DNA of 64,000 bases from Scyliorhinus canicula (Eukaryota): contig NC_052157.1 of assembly GCF_902713615.1 (NCBI RefSeq), forward strand, positions 61,530,146 through 61,594,145, given 5' to 3'. This document shows, piece by piece, positions 47,272-60,930 of this stretch (positions are counted from its first letter, which is position 1; each line of letters opens with the position of its first letter). Under the pieces are notes generated by a model. The model searched no databases, had not been told where the DNA came from, and saw nothing but the letters and a program-made list of their open reading frames with translations. The position numbers and the translations under genes are program-made.

Positions 47272-50200
47272 CCCTTACCATCCCCACATGCCAGCATCTA
47301 TACCAGCCTCCATGGGCGGGTGCCCTGGCCACTGAGACCACCAGCTACCCAACCCCCAGGCTGCATACGATGGACCACCTTACAGAGTTATTGTATGTGT
47401 TCTCCACCTCCCCGCTCCCCATAAGAAGGCCTCGCACAACCGCCTGGAGTGGGAGGAGACCAGAGGGTGACCACCATACCTGCAGCGCCTCACCATGGCT
47501 GAGCAGAGGGCCCTGGAGCAGCTCGGAGGAACTGGAGGTCTCTGAGGTGGAGTGAGGTCATGGGCGAGGAAGTGAGATCCCGCTGAGTTGCGGTTCCTCA
47601 AGACACGTGTGTCGAGATCCCTCCTTCACCCGACATCACCCTCACCCCCACACCACTCTCACCCCACACCACTCTCACCTCACACCACTCTCACCTCACA
47701 CCACTCTCACCCCACACCACTCTCACCCCATACCACTCTCACCCCACACCACTCTCACCTCACACCACTCTCACCCCACACCACTCTCACTTCACACCAC
47801 TCTCACCCCACACCACTCTCACCTCACACCACCCTTAACCCCACCCTCCACTTACCCCAACACCACCCGCACCCCTACACCACCCACACACCCCTCCACC
47901 AACAACTGCCCTCCCTAACCTTCCCTAACCATTCCTTCCTCAGCCCACGGTCTAATCATGCATGTTGTTATGTGTCTTACGGGACCTGCCAGAGATGGGG
48001 AAGGTCCATCTGGCATCCCCAGCCGGTGCCAGAGCCAGTTGCCCCTCTCAGCCGAGCACTGATGTGGAGTGCAGCTCGGGTACCAGCCCTCCGCCTGAGA
48101 TGCAGAAATCCCCGGAGCTCGAGTCTGAGAGTGATACAGATTTCCCGTCACAGCTGTCTCCAACACCCTCCACCATCCCAGACACACTCACCACGGTTGG
48201 GTACTTGAGTGAAAAGGTTCCTGGAACACACTCTGGTGCGCACCACGCAATAAACCCGGGAGGAACTCCCGAAGGGGTGGATGTTCGGAGGGCCGGCCGA
48301 CCCCAGGAACCTCCTGCTGACCAAACGGGTCCCGGGAATCTGGAAATTCCAGTCCCACCCACAGTGCAGATGCAGTAAGAGCGCCAGGGACTATTGAGGG
48401 AATATCGGCAAGCATCCAGCACCTGTGAGCGCAGGTGGAGGAGTCCAACCGTGTGCAGGAGCAGGAGATGGTGCTGACAATGCATGCCACGCAAGGCAAG
48501 CCAACACCACATGGGTGGCATGTGAAATGGAGGCATAAGGGGCGCCGATTTCGGAAATGGATCAGCATGTCCAAGGCATGGGGCATTCTGTGCGGGCGCT
48601 GGCCGAGATCCAGGACAGAATTTCCCTCTCACAGGCAGCCATGTGGCAGAGCCACCTGGACATTGCAGTGGCGCTCCTCAGCATAGCCCAATTACAGCGG
48701 GCCATGGGTGAGAACATTGGCGGCATTTCCCAGGGGCTGGCCGGTGTGGCACAGGCACTCAGGGAGGTGGCCGAGTCCAAGACGGGGATGGCGCAGCCCC
48801 AGACGGGGATAGTCCACTCCCTGTGCTCCATAGCCATGAGCATGCAGACCCTGGCTGAGACCAGAGCGGGCCTCCAGGACTGGCAATGCCAGGTGGTGGG
48901 CAGGGCCTCAGGGGATGGGTCTGCTTGCAGCCCCATCCCATGGCAAACCAAGGGAGGGGGAGATGATGTCACACTCAAGGGCCCCTCCAGAATAATCCAG
49001 GCACCTGAATCACATCTTCAGGAGGCCGAAGCACGGCTTGAGCACACTGCTGGTCGCTGCTCGGGTGTCATTGTAGCGGGTCTCCTCATTGGTCTGTGGC
49101 TTCCGGATAGGTGACATCAGCCACGGCCACAATGGGTGATCCCTGTCACCCAGGAGCCAACCCCTCATCCAGGGGGTTGCGTCTCAAACATGCCAGGAAT
49201 TGCCCAGTGTGCCAGGATGAAGGTGTAGTGCACACTGCCCAGGTTGTATGATGTGCAGCTGATGGTCACAGACCAGCTGAGTGGAATCTCTTTCTGTTTG
49301 TATAGTGAGGCCTGTTATCGTAGGGGGAATGCATCTCGTCGATCTCCCCCTGAACCCTTGGGCATGCCGGTCATGGCAGCGAACCCCGCTGCCCAAGCAT
49401 CCTAGTGGACTCGGTCCACATGGAAATAGATGTATTGATCCGCCTGTGCTTATAGGGACTCAGTGACAGCGTGGATGTATCTGTGCACCGAGGTCTGTGA
49501 GATATGGTACAGGTCCCCAGTCGGCGCCTGTAAGGACCCCATCGCGTAGAAGTTCGGGGTGACTGTCACCTTGATGGTCGCCGGGAGCCGGTGCCCATCC
49601 CCATACCCCTGAGGTACCAAGTGTGCCATCATCTGGCAGATATGCCGCACTGTCTCTCTGATCATCCGTCTGCTCTGTCTCTGACAGCATGTTGGTCTGG
49701 GAGCTCCTCGAATGGCACGCGGCACCAGTCCACACGAGGCCTGATGTGGTGCCTCTTTGGCCTGTTGTGCTGCCAGCTGTGCAACCTGGGCAGCTGCCAC
49801 CTGCCCTTCTGGGCATGCTCCACTGCTGCAGCTTCCACGTCCTCTTCGAGCGGCTCCCACTCATACGGCCGCAGGGCATTCCGTAGAGCTGCGGCAACCA
49901 CCAGGGCGGCCACCATTCCTGGTCGAACCCCGAAATCCATTACCTGCAGAGGGTGAAAGGCCAACATGTTAGCCTGGTGCATATTCCCGTGGCCAACCAG
50001 GTTCGACGGGCTACACCTTGGCCCTGGTTGGAATTGCGGGCTCTACCCCTGCATGTTCCCCTCCCAATCCCCTCACTTCTGCCCCGTTGGTGGCTGGCAC
50101 CATGGGGGCCTCCAGCAGTGGCTCCCGTCCCTGATGCCAGGGGTACCATTGGCTGGCACTGCCCTCGCTGGTGGCTGCCGTGTGCGTTGCCTCGGGTGGT

Positions 50201-50595
50201 CCGCCGGTGTGTGGCGGGCGGTTGGGCAGGTCGATTGAGGCAGGGGGTGGCGGTGTGGTGGGAGGTGGGGTGCGGGCGTGGAGGTGGGGGCACCCATACG
50301 GCCGGTGCCACTGTGGTGAAGTAGGAGACACGGTGGGTGATCGGTGGGTGCGCAGCAAGATGGCCACCATAATAGCAGTCATTGCCTGGGTCCCGCCCCA
50401 GTACCGTGGGGGGGGGGGGGTTAAAGCCTGTCCCCGCCCCGCTCCACCCTCCCCTGGCACAGCCCCTCAGCCAGCACGGCCAGTGTCTGGACTGGCAGCC
50501 CGCAGTGGCTCCTCTTCGTGTCCCACCTCCATCTCTCTCTCTCTCTCAGCAGCCACCACATCAGGTTCAAGATTTTTGAGAGCACACGTGGACCC
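47272..50595. mobile_element. Decayed autonomous-type PIF/Harbinger transposon: Myb/SANT-type partner gene (+) convergent with DDE transposase (-)
   Basis: Minus 48960-49930: IKVTVTPNFYAMGS...GDLYHISQTSVHR...QGEIDEMH...GDRDHPLWPWLMSP, matching HARBI1-type motifs. Plus strand: spliced low-complexity and heptad-rich ORF remnants (48557-49114) and an intronic 15-bp minisatellite (47640-47830). The Myb domain itself is not visible; that assignment is from element architecture. Confidence 0.8.
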
Positions 50596-50849
50596 CATTA
50601 TTAACTCCCCAGTCACATCATCTAAGGGAGCAGAGTTGACTTTATGTACTCTCTTCCTTTTATATACTCATAGAATCTTTTGCCATCTGTTTTTATATTT
50701 TGCACCAGATTTCTTTCATAATCTACCTTTGCGTTTTTTATTAATTTTTCACTCACAGTCTGTTGGTCTTTAAAGGTTTCCCAATCCTCCAGCCAGCCAC
50801 TGACATTTGCAAGATGGCATGCCCTCGTTTTTGCCTTTATCTTGAACCT

Positions 50850-52192
50850 CCTTGCTTAGCCTCGGATGCAATTTCAGAAGCCGAAACAGTCATCACGTTG
50901 TGTCGCCACTCTCTGGAAACCGGGAAGTAAGTGTTTTTTATCAGAATGCGGAAGGAGATGGTTTAACTGTTTGGATAGGGCAATGCAGTGGAACCAGTAA
51001 GGAAAATATTGTGACATTGTTTGTGTTTGACAAGTTGCTTCATCTCGTCTAAAGTCATCATTTGTTAAGTAAAAAAAAATTGAACTTTTTTCTATACTTG
51101 TTTCAATTTCTAAAGTAATAAGTATATATTTAAAATAAAGCTTGTTTGTTAAAGTAAAGATGCGCATGCTCAACTGAAATTGTTTAATTTTCAGCAGTGA
51201 AAAGACATGTACTTGGAAAAATCAGGGGTGGGATTGTCTGTCCCACTGCACCAGACGCCACACCACTTTGCTGGTGTAGGGCTCCTCCGCCGGCGGTGGG
51301 ATTGTCCAATAGGGTTAACCATTGTGGGCAGCCCACATCGTCGGCAAATTCCCGGGTGTGGGTGCGCTGCCGGTATATTGGAGAATCCCAACAGCGGCCT
51401 TTAAATATGAACAATGGAGTCTTTCCGCCAGAGGCAGCGCCAGAGATAAGGTGCCCAGCACGTACACTGATGCCACATGTCCTGTATGTCCGTGCTTTGC
51501 CAAACTCATGGAGGAGAGATTCCTCCATTTTGTAGCTGCTACCAAGCAAGCAAAAGGACTGTGTGAAGCACTGAAGATGTTTTGTAATAAGGAAGAGAGG
51601 GCCAGAGACACAAGCAGGCCAGGATCTCACAACTAAATCCGCTGGAGAGAGCTTCACAGGAGAGTCCATGACAAGACAAAGCAGTGCTGGTGTGAGCTAT
51701 ATACGGAGCCCCAGGGCCTCTGGTGAACAACTCATTGAGAAGAAACTGAAATCGGGAACAAAGCAGCGTAAAGATGATTTTTTTCAGGTGTGGTTCATTG
51801 TGCCAAATCAGAACGCAAAAGCCATTTGTGTTATATTCAGGGAAGTACTGGCAAATGAACATTCAACACCCTCAAATCTTTAAATGCATTTGAAGACTAA
51901 GCAAGGCGAGTTTGAGGACAAACCTCTTGACTTTTTCAAAGGCTGCAGTGAGAACTTAAACCGTCAGCTGAAGTCCTGAGAAGAAATCTAGCGTTCAATG
52001 AGGACGCAAGTGAGATGATGAGGACGCAAGTGAGATGATGAGGACCAAGCAGGCTCCCCGTCGCACTAATGGTAAGCAATATAGTGTGTTGTGATTGGCG
52101 GCCGTCTTGGGTCACGAATGTCAGCTGGCATGGGGTCCAAAGTTCTGTCGGTTGGTAAGAGTGGGTCCGGGTAAAAAGTTTGAAAAATAATG
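50850..52192 (+). mobile_element. Truncated Buster/Charlie-type hAT remnant
   Basis: BED-finger region ICVIFREVLANEHSTPSNL*MHLKTK...DKPLDFF. Right TIR aaagtttgaaaaataatg followed by ctctattg (NNNTANNN target pattern). Left end not found. Confidence 0.7.
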
Positions 52193-52778
52193 CTCTATTG
52201 CACTCGGCATTAGTATGGGAAGTGTGTGGGGGAATTGATGAGAAATCTGCAGAAACATCTGCTGCTTGGTTTCAGAGTGTGGGCTGTCTGACCAGTTTGC
52301 CCACTGGTTTATATGAACTATGTACTGAGTGTGAACATTAGAGTATGAAGTGGATTTTGTAACTTGTATTATGGCTCTGAATCTGTATATATCGAAAGGT
52401 AGAGTTGCAGAGAAGGAGTGTGTATAATAGTGCATCGAATTTTGTTTCGTAAATGTTTCATTCTTTTCTTATGAGGACAGCAACCGCCCTCAATGTTTTC
52501 AAGCAAAAAATAAAAGTTAGGATCTGCCAAGCCACGTTTCGCCCTGGGATCTAACTTGTCCAGTAATAACCCCAGCTGAGAGCATAACATCATTGACATC
52601 AAAGTGAATATTAGAGGTTGCTTTAGGACTGAACTGGAAGCTATCACCAGGTTACTGATCATCAGACATTGTGTTATAATAAGCTGTGTTTTGTGTTAAT
52701 GTGGAAAAATCACAATTTGTGTTATTTCCCATTGCGTGTTGGATGTGAATTGTTGAGTAATTATAACCCAGCACTTAC

Positions 52779-53123
52779 CAGAAATGTGAAGCCGGGTTAC
52801 CGGGTAACAGTTATGGCGGGAATCAGGTCAAATTCTATTCAGAAAAAACAAGATCCTGCATCTTTTCGTGTCGTGTTGTTTGTACTCAGGGAACAGTCGC
52901 CAGTTTTCAGGTCTCCAGAACCGGGTCCGATGGTGAAACTCTGCCGATACGTAATTCTGATCCCTGGAGTCAAAGGATATTAACAGGCTTCCATATTTCT
53001 CATCATTTCTCTCCATTGGTTTTCCCAGACACGATTGATAACTGAAATGACACAGAATCTGTACACACAAAACTTCCTGCCTTGTCACCTCTTGTGGAGT
53101 CTCACCTTTCCACTGAGGTTCAG
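52779..53123 (-). pseudogene. Siglec-like V-set pseudo-exon (copy 2)
   Basis: Splice sites and intron flanks homologous to copy 1. Frameshift after HRTR. The essential Arg codon reads TGA (CFF*IEF). Confidence 0.88.
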
Positions 53124-54097
53124 CTGGGGAGAGAAATATCAATATTGTACACTGGATAGTTTGGACATCCACCAGACTCAAAATGTACATTTGGGACTTA
53201 ATTAGGGAGACATTCAATACTGAGGATGACGGCAATAAATTACAGAAAGATATTAATAAACTTACAGAATGGACAGATCATTGACAAATTAATTTCAACA
53301 TTGATAAATGCGAGGTGTTACATTTAGGTTAGAAAGATATGGAGGGGACTTCCGGTGATGGAGATGTGTTGAGTAGTCACACATCAGGTGGGTCTTCTGC
53401 GGCGGCACGGTGGCACAGTGGTTAGCATTGCTGCCTACGGCGCTGAGGACCCGGGTTCGAATCCCGACCCTGGGTCACTGTCCATGAGGAGTTTGCACAT
53501 TCTCCCCGTGTCTGCGTGGGTTTCACCCCCACAACCCAAAGATGTGCAGGTTAGGTGGATTGGCTACGCTAAATTGCCCCTTAATTGGAAAAAATAATTG
53601 GGTACTCTAAATTAAAAAAACAACAAAAAAAAAGGTGGGTCTTCTCCTACAAACCCAAAGATAGGCTCTTTCCTTTGAAATAGTCTGCTAATACAAGGAA
53701 AATAAATATCCTCACACCTCAACCAACATCCACGCGAAAGGAGATGCCGAACAACAGCCACTCCAGAGGCCGTGTAGAAGCAAGGGGCGGAATTCTCTGA
53801 TACTGGGCCAAGTCCTCATGCCCATGAGAAAACGGGTGCAAATCACTCTGGGCTTACCTGGAGAAAGTCCACAGTGATTCTCCGTTTTGCAAGGAGCTTA
53901 CAGGGCCTGGAGTAGTCCTCGCAGCTCCGGCAGCCGATACGGGGCCCTGCACTTCCGGACGGAGGTCCGAGCATGCGTGTGGCGGCGGCCCCACGCAACA
54001 TGGCGGACCCACACAGCGGACCAGCTCTGACAATATAGGCCCCCCACGAGATCACCCGTGCCTGCCGATCGGTGGCGCCCGATCACGAGCCTGGCCA

Positions 54098-57002
54098 TCC
54101 TGGAATATGTTTGCATTTGAAAACAAGGCTGATGGCAGAAGCTTTGAAGAAGTACTTAAAAGATTCAATCAGCATTGCTCCCCAAGAAAAAACTAAACCT
54201 TTGAGCGCTATAAATTCCCTACGCCCACCCAAAACAAGGGAGAGACATCTGATAGCTTCCTCACTGACTTGCAATTGAAAGCGCAGTTGTGCAACTTCCG
54301 CACACTCCAGTCATCGATGATACGAGACCAGACAGTGTTTGGAATCTCCAATAATAAAGTGAATGACCAACTACCATGGGAAACAGACCTGAAACATGAA
54401 AATGCCATTCAAGTACGTCACGCCAGTGAGTATGCTGCAAAGCAGCTCGAGACGTTGAATCTCCGTAGTTTTGGCACGAATGCAGAAGAGGCGGCCGGCG
54501 CCATTAGTGTGGTGATGCAGCTGAATGGGAAGTGTGCTCCCAGGTCAGATGGCCATTTTGAGCAGCCGACCCGATCCCCCATGATATGCCAGCGATGTGG
54601 CACTCATCATCCAAATGTGGCAGAGCAAACCACTTTGCCTGGCAATGTTACTCCCGTTGGACGCTGGCGCGACCAAGACAGTTCACTTGGTGGAGGAGAC
54701 AGACAGCGAAGCCCTGTGTGTCATTGATACGTTTTTCAGTGAGAGCAAATTAATGGCAAACAGCCAACTGGTAATTAATTAAATAATCCCCATTTTGGAC
54801 AAATTGACTCCAGAGAAATATGATGAATTAGCCGATGCGCACAGAATGGTTCCTGCAGTGGATTCTCAAATACTCGAGGCCATCAAAAAAACGTTCAGGA
54901 AGAACAGGTGGATTTGGATTTGTTTATTGTCACGTGTACCGAGGTACAGTGAAAAGTATTTTTCTGCGAGCAGCTCAACAGATGATTCAGTACATGGAAG
55001 AAAAGGGAATTAAACAAAATACAAGAAAATACATGAGAATACATAATAGGGCAACACAAGATATACAATGTAACTACATAAGCATTGGCATCGGTTGAAC
55101 CATACAGGGTGTAGTGTTAATGAGGTCAGTCAATAAGAGGGTCATTTAGGAGTCTGGTGACAGTGGGGAAGAAGCTGTTTTTGAGTCTATTTGTGCGTGT
55201 TCTCAGACTTCTGTATCTCCTGCCCGATGGAAGAAGTTGGAAAAGTGAGTAAGCCGGGTGGGAGGGATCCTTGATTATGCTGCCCGCTTTCCCCCGGCAG
55301 CGGGAGGTGTAGATGGAGTCCATGGATGGGAGGCAGGTTTGTGTGATGGACTGGGCGGTATTCATGACTCTCTGAAGTTCCTTGTGGTCCTGGGCCGAGC
55401 AGTTGCCATACCAGGCTGTGATGCAGCCCGATAGGATGCTTTCTATAGTGCATCTGTAAAAGTTGGTAAGGGTTAATGTGGACATGACGAATTTCCTTAG
55501 TTTCCTGAGGAAGTATATGCGCTGTTGTGCTTTCTTGGTGATAGCGTCAACGTGAGTGGACCAGGACAGATTTTTGGTGATGTGCACCCCTAGGAATTTG
55601 AAACTGCTCACCATCTCCACTCGGCTCCATTGATGCTGACAGGGGTGTGTACAGTACTTTGCTTCCTGAAGTCGATGACCACCTCTTTAGTTTTGTTGGC
55701 ATTGAGGGAGAGATTGTTGTCGTTACACCACTCCACTAGGTTATCTATCTCCCTCCTGTATTCTGACTTGTTATTCGAGATCCGGCCCACTATGGTCGTA
55801 TCGTCAGCAAACTTGTAGATGGAGTTGGAACCAAGTTTTGCCACGCAGTCGTGTGTGTACAGGGAGTAGAGTAGGGGGCTAAGTACGCAGCCTTGCGGGG
55901 CCCCGGTATTGAGGACTATTGTGGAGGAGGAGTTGGTGTTCATTCTTACTGATTGTGGTCTGTTGGTCAGAAAGTCAAGGATCCAGTTGCAGAGTGGAGA
56001 GCCAAGTCCTAGGTTTTGGAGCTTTGGTGGATACATCTTCTTGCAGTTCACCAGCACAAGATGAAGCATGCATTGTTGTATCAGATGAGGATGAGCCACC
56101 AATTGAGACTAAAACACAAAGTGAAGAAGCAATACCTAATGTTGAGGACATTGATCCAGCTAAGATACCAAAATGCGAGGGTTTACAGATCATTTCTGAA
56201 GTCGCACATTTGCCTGCAACTTCAAACGCGTCCAAAAGTAATCCGACAGTGGATGCTTCACCAGTTGATGGGCATGCAGCACAGCGTTCGCACGCAAGCA
56301 CCATGGATCAACCAAAACTCCTCAATCTAACAGAAGATCCAGGAACAGCTAATCCCTTGGCCGAGACCAGTAGCAAGAATAATGCTTTGGGTGCACAGGC
56401 AGATGTGAGTGTTGATTGTACCAATTTCACGGATAATGGCACTAAAGCCAAGAAGAAAAGGCGAAGGAAAAGGCTGAAAGAAAGGCTGAAAGAGTTGGTG
56501 ACTCAAAGACAACAAAGAAAACTGGTCTTCTGAAAAAGGAAACAAGATCACATATTCGATCAAAGCTCAGGAGACCAATAAGAAGATGGTGTTAACCTGA
56601 AACACTGAGCGTGAACTGTGTACAGGGTGACGTGTATGTCATTATGCATATCATGTTGAAATGTAAACAGTAATTTCATGCTTATGAATAATTTTCTTTT
56701 ACAAAGGAAAGGGGATGTGATGATATGCATAATGTGAGTTTGTACATTATGTTATGCACAAATTCCGACCATGAGATGGCATTGTAATCACATCACGTCA
56801 CCATGTGATCTGGGAGTTGGGAGTTGATCGTGTTGGGAGGTATACGTATTTGCAGCAGTTCCACAAGAGTTTTTTCGTGTTAGTTGTTTGTAAGTTAATT
56901 TATCCTAGTTATCTTACTACGCAGTTTGGTCGATAATAAATTATTTTAAGCTACATCTTCTGTAGTTTATCATTCACTTCGGGCGGTCTACAAAACATGA
57001 CA
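54098..57002 (+). mobile_element. Second Gypsy copy of a related family: gag remnant, no pol, low-complexity tail, PPT and 3' LTR
   Basis: gag LKAQLCNFRTLQSSMIRDQTVFGI. Tail ORF to 56533. PPT aaaggaaagggga 56703-56715. LTR tgtgatgatatgc...catgaca 56716-57002. Confidence 0.8.
54914..56025 (-). mobile_element. 5'-truncated Rex1/Babar LINE
   Basis: [20 protein letters not shown]...KFADD and LPSGRRYRSLRTRTNRLKNSFFPTVTRLLN. TSD ggtggat at 54907-54913 and 56026-56032. Confidence 0.9.
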
Positions 57003-60000
57003 GGAGCAGCACAGACTATCTGGCCCAAATGCTGGGAAATCTGGGAGGAAGGGATAGCTCTGAGTCACATTCTGAGTCACATTCCAGGACAGGCAGCACT
57101 TCTTCACCGTCCCTGTGGATGCGGACAAATTTGTCCTGGAGAACGGGATGGAGAAACGGCAGCAGGGACAGCGATGACAAGATCATCCAAAGAGACTTTA
57201 TTTATTTACTAAATCAATTAACCAACTCGTTGAACACTTTGCACGGGGCTGCACTTCCTCATTCTGAGGATGGGAGGTGATATAGAGGAAAGAAAGAGCA
57301 AGGGAAGCAGACTGCGGGAAAGGGTGAGGAGGAAGGCAGGTAGAGAGCACAGAGAACAAGCAACTGGAGGATACATAACCAACCCTATGAGAGGGCCACC
57401 ACACTAGCGGGGAAGCTAGCACAGGGAAGGATGAAGGAAAGAAGGAAAGAGAGGCCGCGTTGCATCTCCAGAAGTGGACAGAGCGCTTGACAAGGGGGGG
57501 AGGTGTTAGCATCCCCATCGGGGGGGGGGGGGGGGGGGGGGGGTGGAAACAAGGGGAAGAAACAGAGGAAAGGGAACTTGGGGTCAGCTCTGGGGGTGTG
57601 GTGTGGGGGGTAGAAAGTGCCATAGGGGGATCTTGGAACAAAGATAGCAAGAGCATTAGGCTGGCTACAACAGGCCGCACGTGGCAACTTGGAACACAAA
57701 GGCACCACAAACAACCACTTTGGAGGGTCCCTGAACAAAGGGAAACCCTGGAATGCAGGGGCTCACCCACATGGCGTACACACTTTTGGTGGCCATGTTG
57801 GGTGGCCCCTGATGCCACAATGCCACAATCCCATTGGTGATAGCAACACTCAGGTTGTGGAACCAACTGCAACAGCAATTCGGAATCACCAAAACGCCCA
57901 TGAAGGACCCCATCTACAATAACCAGAGATTCACGCCCATGACAATGGACACCACCTTCAAAAGGTGGAGACAGGACACGGGGACACTGACAGTTAGGGA
58001 CTTCTGCACAGGCAACAGACTGACAATGCTCGAGGAACTAATAGAGAAGTTCCAGCTGACAGGCGGCGAAAGAGCTAGGATATATGCAGGTCAAAAACTT
58101 CTTATATAGGGAAACGAGGACATTCCCATGATCCCCGCAACAATAGTTGCTTGATGACCTCCGGGACGCTGACATCTTCGGGAAGGGGAACTGCGGCCAC
58201 CTGTTTGGGCGATGACTGGGAAGAGCACACATACCGCTGGACGAAACAAGGGAAAAATTGGAGGAGGACTTCAGGGTTTGAAATAGGGTGGGGATTCTGG
58301 TGTGAAGCAGTGCATAGGGTCAACTCCACCTCCATTTGTGCAAGGCTAAACCTAAAGCAGCTGAAAGTGGTACACAGAGCCCACTTAACTAGAAATCGAA
58401 TGAGTAGGTTCTTCCCGGAGGTGATGGATAAATGCCAATGGTGCCAAGGAGGCCCGGCCAACCATGCCCACATGTTCTGGTCGTATCCCAGACTTGTTGG
58501 GTTCCAGCACAGTGGTTAACAATGTTGCTTCACAGCGACAGGGTCCCAGGTTCGAGTCCGCACGTTCTCCCTGTGTCTGCATGGGTTACATCCAGGTGCT
58601 CCGGTTTCCTCCCACAAATCCCGAAAGACGTGATAATTTGGACATTCTGAATTCTCTCTCCCTGTATCAGAGCAGGCGCCGGAATGGTGTGACTAGAGGC
58701 TTTTCACAGTAACTTCATTGCAGTGTTAATGTCAGCCTATTTGTGACAATAATGAAGATTATTATTCCGGACAGCCTTCTTCGAGGCAATGTCCAAGGTG
58801 GTGGGGTTGAGGGTACAGTCGTGTCCATGAGTGGCAGTTTTCGGTTTCTCAGAATAGCCAAATCTCTTCATGGGGAGGAGGGCCGATGCCCTGTCCTCCC
58901 TAATCGCCCACTGGAGAATCCTGCTCCGCTGGCAATCAGCATCACCGCCCAAAGCTGCAGACTGGCTGTCTGACCTATCGATATTTCTCCAGATGGTGAA
59001 AATCAAATTCGCTATCCGGGAGTCAGAGGAAGTCTTCCACATAACGTGGGAACCATTCACTCAGTTGTTACAAGGCCTGTTTCCAGCCAACAGCCAATAA
59101 GCCAGAGGGAACTGAAAGCCATGAAACAACAATGAATGCCAACGAAAGGCGGGGGGGTACACAAAGAAACATGGAGTCCACCCAGCCTCTGCTAATAACA
59201 ATATGCATGGCAGCACACCAACCAAACAGGAACAAAATATATGAACTGAAGAAGGAAGAGGGCATGCCAGACGACTGGAAGGGGAGGGGGCTATCAAAAA
59301 AAGGGGGAGAGGAAGGTTGGGGTCCCGGCTGGAAATAACCTACTGGAGAATACAAAACAAGAAGCAATAACCGACGTAAATAACAAAAGACAACTGATTT
59401 AAATATATTTTCTTTTTTCTTTTCGTTATCTTTTCTGTTGTTTTCAATGTATGTTCATGATTGCCTTTGTTTTGTATAACATAAACAATCCTTAATAAAT
59501 GCACGTATAACAAAGAAAAATTAGAAAAAAGAATATTTACATATTACCTCAAAAATAAGAATCTGAATGAGGTGAGGGAGTGACATGATCTGGTGGAACA
59601 AATATACACATAACTAAAAGTAGGGACATAGGTTAACAAAGTGAATAGACAAACAAACCAAACACTCAAGGTTATTCCTGGAGAGATAGAATTGAAAAAT
59701 GTTCAACCAGTTTTAAACCTTGGTCAGACCACACCTGGAGTAAGATCTCCAGTTCTGGTCATCATATTATAAAACGGCTATAGAGACACTGGAGAGGGTG
59801 AAAAAACGAATCACAGGGATGATATCAGAAATTTGGGGTGAATGGACATGAACAGACAGGGTCTCTATTCCCTTGAAAAGAGAAGTTTAAGGTGTGACCC
59901 TGAGAGAGAATGTTCCAGGATCATTCAGTGCACATGGTCAGTGAGGGGAGACTTCACCCTGAGAGAGACTGAGACCCAGCGAGTATATTTAGGAATTGGG

Positions 60001-60279
60001 TTCAATGTGAGAAACTGGTGCAGAGGGAACAAAGCACTTTAGGTAAGGTTTACTGAAAGAAGTAAAGTGTGCTGAGTGGAGAGTTAGGAGAAGGTAAATC
60101 AGTCATTGGTATTATTGGAAACTGTAAAATTGTTCAGTATTGTAAGCACCGTATTATTTTATTAGTAGTGTAAGTCTTACAGGCAATGCCAAAACCTATC
60201 AAGAGCTACAAACTTTATTAATTATTTTTTAATTATAAATTAATTAATTAGCAATTATTAATTAAGTACAACATATTAG

Positions 60280-60930
60280 AGATGGCAGGGCAGGTGATGT
60301 GCAGCGATTGCAGGAAGTGGGAGATTCTGGATACTGTGTGATCCAGGGAAAATACATCTGCAGTCAGTGTTTGCAATTACAGAAACTTCAGCTCCAGGTT
60401 ATTGAGTTGGAGGCCGAGCTGCAGACACTGCGGCACATCAGGGGAGGTGGTCACACCCTTTAGGAGAGGGTCTTCTGATTTGGCCGGTGTTCAGAGACAG
60501 GACGGTCTGACAAGGCAGCTAAGGGGACCCAGAAGGCAGGAGTACTGGAGCCTCAGTCCTTGTAATTGTCCAACAGGTTTGAGGTCTCATTGGCTTGTTT
60601 GGGTGAGAGTGGGGCTGCCAAGTCTATGAGCTAATTCGCCACGGCACCATGATACAGGAAGCCATTCAATCAGAGGGAGTTACAAGGAATGTAGGGGACA
60701 GGAGGTGGCAGTATGGTTAGAGGGATTGACACCATTCTCTGCAGCAAAGAATGTGAACCTAGACTGCATGTATCCAGGATTCTGGAACTTGGGAGGTTTC
60801 CAGGATTCTCCTTAGGACTGGGGAGGAACTTTCCATTCTGGGGAGGGGGAGTTCCTCTCACAACAACATAGACAGGACAAAGAAGCAGACTCTGCCTGGT
60901 TAGTATGAGCATAATTGCACCAAATTAAAA
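60280..60930 (+). mobile_element. CR1 ORF1 remnant (zinc finger/coiled coil and esterase-like)
   Basis: gtgatgtgcagcgattgcagg...gagttggaggccgagctgcagacactgcgg and degenerate esterase-like sequence. Confidence 0.55.

Larger units (their letters stand above)
53347..59530 (+). mobile_element. L1/Tx1-type LINE, probably one copy interrupted by SINE, MITE, Gypsy and Rex1 insertions and internally deleted
   Basis: gacttccggtgatgg 5' end at 53347. SINE 53399-53633 with TSD ggtgggtcttct. 57690-57800 resembles the inter-ORF region of the 7410-12168 L1. zf-RVT CQWCQGGPANHAHMFWS at about 58430. A-rich 3' end at about 59500. Linking the two parts is inference. Confidence 0.65.

Noticed and set aside
46455-50773. 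Many overlapping 100-200 aa ORFs and a His/Pro-rich ORF (47588-48208)
   Set aside because: Stop-poor GC-rich MITE/Harbinger DNA and a 15-bp intronic minisatellite. Only the transposase and heptad remnants are credible.
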